DNA of 64,000 nucleotides from the NCBI RefSeq assembly GCF_020745735.1, contig NW_026867487.1:4915239-4979238 (forward strand), given 5' to 3'. The notes under the pieces are model-generated. The model worked only from the letters and a program-made list of their open reading frames with translations, was not told the DNA's origin and ran no database searches. Shown here piece by piece: positions 23,295 through 34,185 of this stretch (position 1 is the stretch's first letter; each line of letters opens with the position of its first letter). This DNA comes from Hemiscyllium ocellatum (lineage: Eukaryota). The position numbers and the translations under genes were made by a program.

Positions 23295-24913
23295 GCGCAC
23301 CGCCTGTTTCTACCTCCTGCCCAAAATCCACAAACCTGCCTGCCCCGGCCGACCCATTGTCTCAGCCTGCTCCTGCCCCACCGAACTCATCTCCGCATAC
23401 CTTGACACAGTTCTGTCCCCTTTAGTCCAAGAACTCCCCACCTACGTTCGGGACACAACCCACGCCCTCCACCTCCTCCAGGATTTTCGCTTCCCCGGTC
23501 CCCAACGCCTTATTTTCATGATGGACATCCAGTCCCTGTACACCTCCATCCCCCATCACGAAGGACTCAAAGCCCTCCGCTTCTTCCTTTCCCGCCGCAC
23601 CAACCAGTACCCTTCCACTGACACCCTCCTTCGACTGAGTGAACTGGTCCTCACCCTGAATAACTTCTCTTTTCAATCCTCCCACTTCCTCCAAACTAAA
23701 GGAGTTGCCATGGGCACCCGCATGGGCCCCAGCTATGCCTGTCTCTTCGTAGGATATGTGGAACAGTCCATCTTCCGCAACTACACTGGCACCACCCCCC
23801 ACCTTTTCCTCCGCTACATCGATGACTGTATCGGCGCTGCCTCGTGCTCCCACGAGGAGGTTGAACAGTTCATCAACTTTACTAACACCTTCCATCCCGA
23901 CCTGAAATTCACCTGGACTGTCTCAGACTCCTCCCTCCCCTTCCTAGACCTTTCCATTTCTATCTCAGGCGACCGACTCAACACAGACATCTACTATAAA
24001 CCGACTGACTCCCACAGCTATCTGGACTACACCTCCTCCCACCCTGCCCCCTGTAAAAACTCCATCCCATATTCCCAATTCCTTCGTCTCCGCCGAATCT
24101 GCTCCCAGGAGGACTAGTTCCAACACCGCACAGCCCAGATGGCCTCCTTCTTCAAGGACCGCAGATTCCCCCCAAACGTGGTTGACGATGCCCTCCACCG
24201 CATCTCCTCCACTTCCCGCTCCTCCGCCCTTGAGCCCCGCCCCTCCAACCGCCACCAAGACAGAACCCCACTGGTTCTCACCTACCACCACACCAACGTA
24301 TACAGCGTATCATCCGCCGTCATTTCCGCCACCTCCAAACGGACCCCACCACCAGGGATATATTTCCTTCACCTCCCCTATCAGCGTTCCGCAAAGACCA
24401 CTCCCTTCGTGACTCCCTCGTCAGGTCCACACCCCCCACCAACCCAACCTCCACTCCTGGCACCTTCCCCCGCAACCGCAGGAAATGTAAAACTTGCGCC
24501 CACACCTCCTCCCTCACATCCCTCCAAGGCCCCAAGGGATCCTTCCATATCTGCCACAAGTTCACCTGTACCTCCACACACATCATCTATTGCATCCGCT
24601 GCACCCGATGTGGCCTCCTCTACATTGGGGAGACGGGCCGCTTACTTGCGGAACGCTTCAGAGAACACCTCAGGGACGCCCGGACCAACCAACCCAACCA
24701 CCCCGTGGCTCAACACTTTAACTCTCCCTCCCACTCCACCGAGGACATGCAGGTCCTTGGACTCCTCCACTGGCAAAACATAACAACACGGCGGTTGGAG
24801 GAAGAACGCCTCATCTTCCACCTAGGAACCCTCCAACCACAAGGGATGAACTCGGATTTCTCCAGTTTCCTCATTTCCCCTCCCCCCACCTTGTCTCAGT
24901 CGGTTCCCTCAAC
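23295..24913 (+). pseudogene. 5'-truncated PLE ORF, disrupted
   Basis: FYLLPKIHKP..PGRPIVS, RYIDD. TAG at 24115-24117 and a 4-bp deletion near 24297 relative to the other arm. Confidence 0.9.
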
Positions 24914-25082
24914 TCAGCACCGCCCTCCTAACCTGCAATCTTCTTCCTAACCTCTCCGCCCCCACCCCACTCCGGCCTATCACCCTCACCTTGACTTCCT
25001 TCCACCTATCACATCTCCATCGCCCCTCCCCCAAGTCCCTCCTCCCTACCTTTTATCTTAACCTGCCTGCCACCCTCTCCTC

Positions 25083-25118
25083 ATTCCTGATGAAGGGCTT
25101 ATGCCCGAAACGTCGAAT
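25083..25118 (+). ncRNA. Minimal type I hammerhead ribozyme motif (representative; identical motif on minus at ~21671-21706, 35685-35720, 50647-50682 and on plus at ~35972-36007)
   Basis: ATTC-CTGATGA-A-GGGC-TTAT-GCCC-GAA-ACGT-C-GAAT: core boxes, 4-bp stem II, palindromic ACGT stem III, GUC cleavage triplet and ATTC/GAAT stem I. Such minimal hammerheads are an established feature of PLE termini. Confidence 0.8.
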
Positions 25119-25619
25119 TTCCTATTCCTTGGATGCTGCCTGACCTGCTGTGCTTTAACCAGCAACGCATTTTCAACTGTCATTGTTGTTACCTAATAAT
25201 GGTCACTGCAGAAACATTTGAAATCCTTGCACCAAAATTATTAGTTATTTTCAGACTTTAAGGAGAAGGTTTTACCAAATGAAGGACAGGAATGGGATGG
25301 AAGTTTTACGAAAAGAGGGTGAACAGACTGGGCATGTGAACACTGATGTTTAGAAGGGTCAAAGGTAACCTGACTGAGACAGAGGGGTGTTGGCAAAGCC
25401 CATGTAACAAGGATACATCCTTCTGTGGGACTCAGCACTATCATAATGAAGCCTTCTGTTCTGTATCTAGGACCTTGGAACCATGCAAGACAGAGTCTGG
25501 GACATATTCCTTACACTCCTTAGGATTAACTCACAAATTCAGTCCTGGATATGTGATCATGAGCAACAGTAGCACCAGAATCCATCCTCTGCAGTCAGTC
25601 ATGATCTATCTGGTGTTTG

Positions 25620-26420
25620 AAAAGGTGAGATGACCGAGTGTCCCTCTTTCCACATGTGGACTGGTGAAAGTTCTCTCACCGGTGTATCTGCATGATGAAT
25701 CCCTTCCCATATGCCAGCAGCTTCTCTGCTACATGAATTTGTTGGTGCAGCAGGAGGGTGAATGACACGATGAATCCCTTCGAATGCACGCAGCAGGGAA
25801 ATGACCCCTCACCAGTGTGAATTCATTGGTGTTTCAGGAGATTAGATGAACAAGTGAACTCCTTTCCACAAATCCAGCAGTTAAATTTTCTCTGTCCAGG
25901 CTGAATGTATTGGCGTCTCTGCAAGTCATTCCTGTTTTAAAGGTCTTCTCACAGCCTGAACATTTAATCATTCACACTTCAGAGTGGACAAGCTGGTTTC
26001 TTGGCACATTGAATAAATGAAAAAAATCCAGCTCCATACACAGTACGGGTGAAAGGTGTGAATGCCTTGATGAATTCCCAACACAGATGGATAATTGAAT
26101 CCTTTCCTACAGAACATGTATTTTCCAGCATGTGAGTGTGCTCTGCCTCTTAGCTTAGTTGATCAGTTGTAGTTACATTCACAAAGAAATGTTTTTCAGG
26201 CTACATAATTGATTAAAGCTTCTTCCACAGCCAAATCACGAGAACCCTCATTTGGGTGTATATCTGCGGCTTGGTGCCGTTCCAGTTGGTGTTTGAAATC
26301 TTTTCCCAAACAGAACAAATTATTTCTCTTTCTATGTTGAAAGGATGATGATATTCAGCTCCAGATGAATTGAGTAAAACAGTCAGATCTTAATGTTTGA
26401 TTTGAGAATCATTTGTAAAA
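25620..26420 (-). pseudogene. Decayed ZNF gene
   Basis: Several frameshifted finger remnants (e.g. [20 protein letters not shown]) plus the cluster's shared leader near 26330-26420. Confidence 0.75.
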
Positions 26421-26853
26421 GTGTTCGAGTCATGAGCAGCTCGGACTGAAATTCACCACAGAAATTTCTAGTTTCGATGGAATGTTCATTCATCTCTTGT
26501 TCCCCAAAACAAGCGATTCAGGCAAACTAAAAGAAGCCAAATTCAGCAACCAAGGTAAGCTAAGGGAACCTTTCCAATAATTCAGAATGCAGCCCCCTGT
26601 ATTAACGGAACACTATGTACGCTAAGATACTCAGCAGCTGTGGTTGGCACCAAAATACCCGTGATATTGTGTTCTCCCCTGCCAGGACTGCCTAGGCATA
26701 GGGAACATCATGGGAGAATCCACAGTCATATCAATCTTAATGTCTCACGAAGCAGGCTCGATGGACAAAAAAGCATATTCTAGCACCTATTCCTTGTTTT
26801 CAGCCATTTAAACACCCACCCCCACAACTCACAAAGAGGTCCTGTTCATCGAA

Positions 26854-27091
26854 ATAAAAACTGAAAGAACCTGTGGAAGCTGTAAATCAGAAACAAAAAA
26901 AAACGAAGCTCAGTAGGTCTGGCAGCATCTGTGCAGAGAAATCAGAGTTACTGTTTCGGCTCTGGCGACCCTTCCTCAGACCTTGCGCAGTTGAGGAAGG
27001 GTCACCGGAACCAAATCGTTAACTCTGACCTCGCTGCACAAATGCTGCCAGACCTGCTGAGCTTTTCCAGCAACTTCTGTTTGCTTTCGTA
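26854..27091. mobile_element. Palindromic PLE family-4 mini-element
   Basis: GACCCTTCCTCA...TGAGGAAGGGTC inverted centre and inverted GGTCTGGCAGCAT arms. Flanks TTCATCGAA (26845) and TTCATCTAA (27092). Confidence 0.7.
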
Positions 27092-27326
27092 TTCATCTAA
27101 GCCTCTCAAATCACAGCACAAGCACAAGCAAATCCAAGTGGATTTGAAATACCCAGCCCTCCTCCTCCTCCTGATGACACCCCTTCCCGAGAAACTCGCA
27201 CAATGAAAGGTTATGTGGGATATAGGTAGTGTTACTTCTGCAATTATAATTACTTATACAAAGTAAATGAACTCACACCAGTGTGTAATTGTTTCAGCCA
27301 AAAGCTGAGTCAACAAGAATGGAAAT

Positions 27327-27628
27327 GGTGGCACAGTGGTTAGCACTGCTGCCTCACAGCGCCAGGGACCTGGTTTCAATTCCCGCCTCAGGCGACTGAC
27401 TGTGTGGAGTTTGCACGTTCTCCCCGTGTCTGCGTGGGTTTCCTCCGGGTGCTCCGGTTTCCTCCCACAGTCCAAAGATGTGCGGGTCAGGTGAATTGGC
27501 CATGCTAAATTGCCCATAGTGTTAGGCAAGGGGTATATGTAGGGGTATGGGTGGGTTGCGCTTCGGCGGGTCGGTGTGGACTTGTTGGGCCGAAGGGCCT
27601 GTTTCCACACTGTAAGTAATCTAATCTA
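27327..27628 (+). mobile_element. HE1-type tRNA-derived V-SINE, near full length
   Basis: A box GGTGGCACAGTGGTTAGC, B-box-like GGTTTCAATTCC, V-domain TGTGGAGTTTGCACGTTCTCCCCGTGTCTGCGTGGG and (TAATC)n tail. Confidence 0.9.
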
Positions 27629-28254
27629 TGTGAAGGAAATGCATAATTGTTTCTTTGTATTAGCTAAAAGTGTATGCAAGAAAGAAACGGAACTGCAAAA
27701 CAATGGTAGATATTACAGGCGACTAGATAAGATGCAGTGAGGGGAGGTAGTTAAGCTAGATCCGCCTGTACAAACAGTAGATATAAACATCTGTTTCCCA
27801 CTTTTACAGAACCACAGGAACAAACCCCAATTAAAAGGGTCTTAACGATAAGATGCTGAGAGGGGAGGCACAGATAGAGGGAGTAGATAATGGTAAGGAA
27901 AGGATATGCCTAACAATGACCCACAGTGGGATGAGGTCAAACGGCCTTGTGAGGCCAGAAATAAGCATTTTGTCACAGACAAGGCCGGATAAGGCAAGAG
28001 ATAAACAGGAGTAATGGGTACCGGTCTATGGGAAGTGAAGGATGTAAACAGGGGAGGAGCAATGAAATTTAAAAAAATATAGAAACCAAATTATATAAAT
28101 ATCGAGTATTAGTTGAATTCGGTGTGTGAGTCCCTTGCCTTGTAGACAGACAATGGACATCACACCCTCTTGCAAGAGTAAAATAAAGGACACTACTGAT
28201 TCAGATTTTGTCTCGGCCTGAAATTATTGAAGTGAGTGAGCTTTGTTTCTCACA
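27629..28254 (+). mobile_element. Solo LTR (626 bp)
   Basis: TGTGAAGGAAA...TTTCTCACA imperfect terminal inverted repeat, TATATAAAT at ~28092, AATAAA at 28182-28187. Left TSD is obscured by the adjoining SINE. Confidence 0.7.
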
Positions 28255-28379
28255 GTTAGCAGTGTGAAGCTACAGTGTCACTGAACGTTGAGGATCCGCC
28301 CTTTCAAGTCACTCTGCAATACTCCTGCCTCTCCAGCTATTCAGCACCATCACCTGGGAGCGGCTGGAGATGCTCATGG

Positions 28380-28760
28380 TTCTGGGGTTTATGGTCGCGC
28401 GCTAGGACCCGGTGTGACCAAACTCTCTGAAGCTCCGCCCACCGTGCGTCACAAAACTTGGTTACGCATGCGCCGAGCTCCCTCCGGCGCCAAGATGGCG
28501 TCTGCTCCCCAAGATGTGATCCCGGATGAAGGCCCCAAGGGGCGTGAATTCGGGACTTTCAGGTCGCTAATCGAAGTTTGAGGTACTTAGTGAGTGTTTG
28601 CACATAATATCTCCTCCCCCCCCGCCCACCAATCCCACCCGGCGCTCCCTCCGCCGTCGCGCAGACCAGAAACAGCAGCGTTTCTGGTAGTTGTTGTCAC
28701 CGTCACTGCGCATGCTCTAAACTCCAGGCGGTTACTGCGCCTGCGCAACGCTCCTATGGG
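28380..28760 (+). promoter_or_regulatory. CpG-island promoter, probable 5' end of gene C
   Basis: CGCATGCGC at ~28465, AAGATGGCG at ~28492, NRF1-like TGCGCATGC and TGCGCCTGCGCA at 28707-28747, candidate donor GTGAGT at 28590. Confidence 0.65.
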
Positions 28761-29448
28761 GCTCAGTGGTGAGCATTGATGTCTTGCAAACCCCAAGAGC
28801 TCAGGTTCAGTTCCAAACTCGGGCGACAGCCTGTGTGGAGCTTCCACATTCTCCCTGTGTCTGCGTGGGCTTCCTCTCACAAAGTTATGCAGGTCAGGTG
28901 AATTGGCCAGGCTAAATTGCCCATCGTGTCAGGGGAAAATACAGTGTATGTACAGGATATGGGTCTGGGTCAGTGTGGACTTGTTGGGCTGAAGGGCCTT
29001 TTCTGTAATGTTAATTTTCATGCGGTGGGGGGTGGGAAGCAACACAAGTAGGAACAAAACACTACAGAAATAATACAAGTGTGAAAGACAGGGGAAACAA
29101 AACTGCAGCCTTTTTAAAAAAAAAATTGCTTCAGTGGATTTTACATTAGATTAGATTACTTACAGTGTGGAAACAGGCCCTTCGGCCCAACAAGTCCGTA
29201 CTGACCCACTGAAGCGCAACCCACCCATACCCCTACATTTACCCCTTACCTAACATTACGGGCAATTTAGCATGGCCATTTCACCTGACCCGCACATCTT
29301 TGGACTGTGGGAGGAAACCGGAGCACCCGGAGGAAACCCACGCTGACACGGGGAGAACGTGCAAACTCCACACAGTCAGTCGCCTGATGCAGGAATTGAA
29401 CCCAGCTCTCTGGTGCTGTGAGGCAGCAGTGCTAACCACTGTACCGCC
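28760..29448. mobile_element. Two HE1 SINEs (older plus copy ~28760-29005; young minus copy 29146-29448)
   Basis: Same boxes and tail as 27327-27628. Confidence 0.85.
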
Positions 29449-30866
29449 CAGCATTTATTGCCCATCCCCAAATGACCTCAAAAAAGTGGCAGTGAGCTGT
29501 TACCGTGAGCTGTTGTTTCTTTTACTTTAATTTTATCCTGTGGACTTGATTTTTGATCTTTTTAACAATGTTTTTTGATGTTGCTTCACATCCAATGAAG
29601 CAGTTGATAGTTCCGTCTAGTATATTGATTTGGGCAAAGCTTTTCCACGCCTATGGCAGGGTGGATGCTGAGCTTTGTTGGAGGTTGGAAGAAACTGGTC
29701 ATGAGTCTCATGAATCACGATGGGGTATGGGATTCCAATGGGCACAACAATCTGACTCATCCAAATTGTCTTAAGCCGTGATTGTACAGTGTTTTGGGGG
29801 TGGAGAAATTGGTAAGGCAACAAAAACTGAAACTGTGATTCCGAGAGAATGTCACTAGACCCAAAATGTTAGCTCTGATTTCTCTTCCCCCAAATGCTGC
29901 CACTCCTGCTGAGCTTCTCCAGTAACTTTTTTTATGTTTTTGTTCCTGATTTCCAGCATCTTCAGTTTTTTTTCAGTTTTTGCTTAGTGTTATGATGTAG
30001 GTAGCAAGCAAGGTCTTTTACCAGATCATCAGCTCCCTTCATGATGGTTTTTGTCACTGCTATTTCTCTGGAATATCGAGAAGTGTCAATGATCTGACTG
30101 GCATTTGTGTTTGGAGATGTGCAAATGTTGTATAACTTTTGCTATCGCATTATTTTTGTGTTAACTTGGCCCCACCTTAATACTGCCATAGTAGGGTATG
30201 GAAAGTGGAGATTTATTGAATTAAACCCTGAGGTACTGTGTACTTAACTAGCCAATGAATACTTAATATAGGTTGAGTACATAGCATTATTGATTAATCA
30301 CTGGGTGAGTTTGTCTGAGAAGTAACCAAATGGAAAACCTTTCCGTTCACCTCTTGCCTTATTACAGTACATAGACCTTATTTTGGCAGTAGTCTGTGAA
30401 AATAATTAGACAGACTTTGTAAAGAACCAGTACAGACAGTGGGGGCTACAGATTCCCAGTGACCAGGAGACTGTGAAAGGTCAAGCCTCCTGACTCGTCC
30501 TCAACTCTGTAATGTTCTGATCACCGTCTCATCCTCTCGGATCCCCTTTTATCCTCTTCCTCCATCTCTCCTCGCGCTCATACTCTCATTCCCTTCTCGG
30601 GCTCTCACACCCTTCACGTTGTGGCTGCCCTTCTCACACTCTGGCCTCTCTCTCCCTGACTGCACTTTCTTTCATTTCTGATACTCATTCTGTTCCCTTC
30701 CCCCATTACTTTTTCTGTGATCTCCCCCACCATGCATTCTTTTTCTATCTCGCTCTATCTCTTTTGCTCTTCCCTCACTCTCTTGATCTTTCTCTCCTTC
30801 CTCACATCAAAGCCGAAGTCTTGTGTCGTCCAGACCAGCTGGCATTTTTGGTTTATTTATCAGGTT

Positions 30867-30943
30867 AAAATCTTCGGGTAAAAAATGAGGTCTGCAGATG
30901 CTGGAGATCACAGTTGAAAATGTGCCAGCAACACATTTTCAAC
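30867..30943. mobile_element. 77-bp minimal inverted PLE family-1 insertion, 14-bp TSD
   Basis: TTATTTATCAGGTT at 30853-30866 and 30944-30957. Full tail plus the hairpin GTTGAAAATGTG-ccagcaa-CACATTTTCAAC. Confidence 0.85.
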
Positions 30944-31202
30944 TTATTTATCAGGTTGGCAGCTTTCATGCTCACTTTTTCCTAGTGTCTGCCCCAGAAA
31001 TTACCAGACAGCACTCAGCTCTATTTCATAACCTTCCTTTGTGGTTTTGTCAGTTGTCTCTCTTTTACACTGTTCTGTTTTCAATAAACTTCACAGGACA
31101 TTGGAAAGGGAGGATTTGCAACCGGGACTCTGAAACCAAGCATCACATCAGGATCTCGGAGGCTCCACGTTTTCAAAGTCAGAAGTCCATCGGATTTTAA
31201 AC

Positions 31203-32324
31203 ATGGAATGGACAAGCCCCATTCACGGTGGGGAGAAACTTTACACTTGTTGTGTGTGTGAACAAGGCTTCAGTCAATCAGCTGGCCTCACTAACCACAA
31301 ATGCAGTTACACTGGCTTGAAAGTGTTCATCTGCTCAGAGTGTGGGGTGGGATTCACTCGGTCAGCCCACCTTCTGAGACATCAGTGGGTTCACACTAAG
31401 GAGAGATCATTAATCTGCTTTGAGTGTGGGAAGGGATTCACTCACTCAGCTAGTCTGCTGAGACACCAGCGAGTTCACACTGAGGACAGACCTTTTAAAT
31501 GTCCAGACTGTGAGAAGTGCTATAAAAGTCGCAGCAGTCTGATGTCCCATCTACGTGTTCATACTGATGAGAGACCTTTTAAGTGTTCAGACTGTGGCAA
31601 GTGCTTTCAAAGTTCTGGGAAATTGATGTCCCATCAACGTGTTCACACCGAGGAGAGACCGTTCAAATGCCCAGAATGTGAGAAATGCTATAAAAGTTCA
31701 GGAGAATTGATGTCCCATCTACATGTTCACACTGATGAGAGACCATTTAAATGCTCAGACTGTGGGATGTGTTTTAAACGTTCCAGCAATCTCTCATCCC
31801 ATCAACATGTTCACACTGACACGAGACCGTTCAGGTGTTCTCACTGTGGGACTGGGTTCAGGCAATCGTCTCAACTCACTAAACACCAGCGAATCCACAC
31901 TGGGGAGAGACCGTTCACCTGTAACGATTGTGGGAAGGGGTTCACTCAGTCATCCCACCTTCTCACCCACCAGCTAGTTCACACTGACAAGAGACCCTTT
32001 GAGTGTTCAGACTGTGGGAAGTGCTTTAAAAGTTCCAGGGTATTGATCCACCACCAACATGTTCACACTGAGGAGAGAGCTTTTGCATGTCCTGACTGTG
32101 GAAAGTGCTTTAAAAGTTCTGGGGAGTTGATGCGCCACCAGCGTGTTCACACTGAGGAGAGACCGTTCAGGTGCTCTCACTGTGGGGCTGGGTTCAAGCG
32201 ATCATCGGACCTCATTGTACACCAACGCAGTCACACTGGGGAGAGGCCATTCTCCTGCATGGAGTGTGGGAAGGGCTTCACTCACTCTTCCAACCTGCTG
32301 AGACACCGGCGAGTTCACAAGTGA
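31203..32324 (+). CDS. C2H2 zinc-finger protein C, 12 canonical + 1 atypical finger
   Basis: 373-aa ORF. Acceptor TTCACAG ends at 31096, Kozak AACATGG, AATAAA at 32417 and 32428. Confidence 0.9.
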   Translation: MEWTSPIHGGEKLYTCCVCEQGFSQSAGLTNHKCSYTGLKVFICSECGVGFTRSAHLLRHQWVHTKERSLICFECGKGFTHSASLLRHQRVHTEDRPFKCPDCEKCYKSRSSLMSHLRVHTDERPFKCSDCGKCFQSSGKLMSHQRVHTEERPFKCPECEKCYKSSGELMSHLHVHTDERPFKCSDCGMCFKRSSNLSSHQHVHTDTRPFRCSHCGTGFRQSSQLTKHQRIHTGERPFTCNDCGKGFTQSSHLLTHQLVHTDKRPFECSDCGKCFKSSRVLIHHQHVHTEERAFACPDCGKCFKSSGELMRHQRVHTEERPFRCSHCGAGFKRSSDLIVHQRSHTGERPFSCMECGKGFTHSSNLLRHRRVHK

Positions 32325-33040
32325 CAGCATGTTGCTGTTAGCTACTTCCTGGAAACGACCTTGTTCATTATGCTCATTGATGTTGATAACATCCAATACT
32401 ATGTGTTAATACGCTGAATAAAAGCCGAATAAATCGGCTCTGTATTAGTCTGTCAAAGTTTCATTTTGAGGGGCTCTCACTCTCCTCCATCTTCACCTCC
32501 AACAAGTTGGAGGAGCTCATGGAGCTTCTTTGGATTGAGACAATCCGATCAACTGCTACTGCTGCTTCCCTCCCTTCCAATAGTTCACAGGTCCCCACTG
32601 CCTAAAGTTTCCCCCTCAGGTCAGAATTCCCATCTTCCTCCCATTACTCTTTATCCCTTCATCCCCTGTCAGAGCTCGCTTTGTGGACTACAGCCACCTC
32701 CTGCTCCACTGACCCAATTCCCAGTAACACGCAGAGCAGACCATCCAACCTCCCCTTGTTTGCCGATATTTTTAACAGTTCGTTCTCTCCACTCATTCTG
32801 TCCATCAAGCCTTTAAATCTCCAAACCTTATTTAAAGAAACCTTGACTGTCCTCAGTAAGCTGATGCTGTGTCTCAGGTTTCCCTCTACTCTCTAAAGTC
32901 CTTGAACTCTGCTATTTCTGACCTATGTTGCTGTCACCAGGTAACACATTATCACAGACAACACCCAGCTGCAACTCAGTACCATCTCTCTCCACTTCTC
33001 CATTATTGCTAAATTATAAAACTGTTCATCCCAGATGCAA

Positions 33041-33247
33041 GCTGAAAATACGTTGCTGGAAAAGCGCAGCAGGTCAGGCAGCATCCAAGGAACAGGAGAT
33101 TCGACGTTTTGGGCATAAGCCCTTCTTCAGGAGGACTTATGCCCGAAACGTTGAATCTCCTGTTCCTTGGATGCTGCCTGACCTGCTCGCTTTTCCAGCA
33201 ACACATTTTCGGCTCCGATCTCCAGCATCTGCAGTCCTCACTTTTTC
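33041..33247. mobile_element. Palindromic PLE family-1 mini-element with degraded 14-bp TSD
   Basis: CATCCCAGATGCAA (33027-33040) vs CAGCCCTGATCCAA (33248-33261). Centre GCCCTTCTTCAGGAGGAC. Confidence 0.8.
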
Positions 33248-33529
33248 CAGCCCTGATCCAACACTGCATGATTAGAAATTTCACAAACCTCTCTGTAAAC
33301 CTTTTATGTAAATTGAGATGATGTTTGCGTCATGTGTTTCCTGTGGAATGGTTCTGTCCTTCCAATAGAGAAGAGGAGGTCATGAGGATTGTGACAGTAG
33401 ATGGAACTTTGTGTACTTGATTGGTTCAACTGGAATTCCACCCTTGCTGGTGCCTCTCTTCTTGCAAAGAGATCAATGCCATTATTATCCTTAAGTCTGC
33501 CTGCACTTGTCCAGTTCAACCCATGAAAG

Positions 33530-33800
33530 GTGTCTGTGGGAGGGCATCAAATGGAGACTGGGAAACCTCCATTTCACAGGAGTACAGCTCCTAGTCCTGT
33601 TTAATCCAGTAAGACATCTTTGCTGTGCTGCAAGTGGGAGGTCTGGCATTTGCTGATTTCAGGCAAGTAGCTTTGGTGATGGTTGGAGCGAGGACACTCT
33701 TGATCCCATCATGTATAGCACATAGATCTTCATTGTCACCGTTTGGGTTACTTGATAGAACCTTTATCAAGTGGTTCTTTGCACAGTAACTCTCTCTCTC
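33530..33800 (-). mobile_element. Old RTE-like LINE linker remnant
   Basis: DLCAIHDGIKSVLAPTITKATCLKSAN resembles the RTE-clade GMYDGIKRALGP..K.APLKS segment. Confidence 0.4.
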
Positions 33801-34185
33801 TTCTGCACAATTTTCTTGGCCACTTCCAGATTATGCAGTGTTTTAGCTGTTGGGTTTATGCTGTTTCGGTTTGGTATTGATTTTGGCTTCAATGACAGAT
33901 CTCGTTTATGCGGAGTGGATCTCTAACTATTCTTTGTTGCAGGTTCAATTTTTAAAAAGGTTCTTTTAAAAAAATTACCTGAAACATTTCCATAATAGTA
34001 ATCAGTAGCCAAGCACAGGCATTTTTAACTTCAGTACAAATCATGCACATATTGTCAGGCTGGTATTCCCGCAGAATTGAAGCCCTGCAGACATTTATGA
34101 TCTTCCTGATATGTTAGCTGGTTAAATAACTGAGTAAATCCGTTCCCACACAGGTGAATGGTTTCTGTCCAATGTAAATACTTTG

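Larger units (their letters stand above)
21574..25177. mobile_element. 3.6-kb tail-out inverted Penelope-like (Neptune-like) insertion with 14-bp TSD
   Basis: TGTCATTGTTGTTA at 21560-21573 and 25178-25191. Minus arm 21574-23270 and plus arm ~23295-25177 are near-identical reverse complements over ~1.65 kb. Confidence 0.92.

Noticed and set aside
21989-24950. Pro-rich and Gly/Val-rich ORFs over the palindrome
   Set aside because: Off-frame and antisense readings of the C-rich PLE ORF.
21574-25177. Autonomous intact element or DNA transposon with long terminal inverted repeats
   Set aside because: Both arms are 5'-truncated RT/GIY-YIG sequence. There is no transposase, and the right arm has a stop and a frameshift.
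27327-27400. tRNA gene (also at other A/B-box sites)
   Set aside because: The boxes are SINE heads followed by the V-domain and tail; there is no complete cloverleaf.
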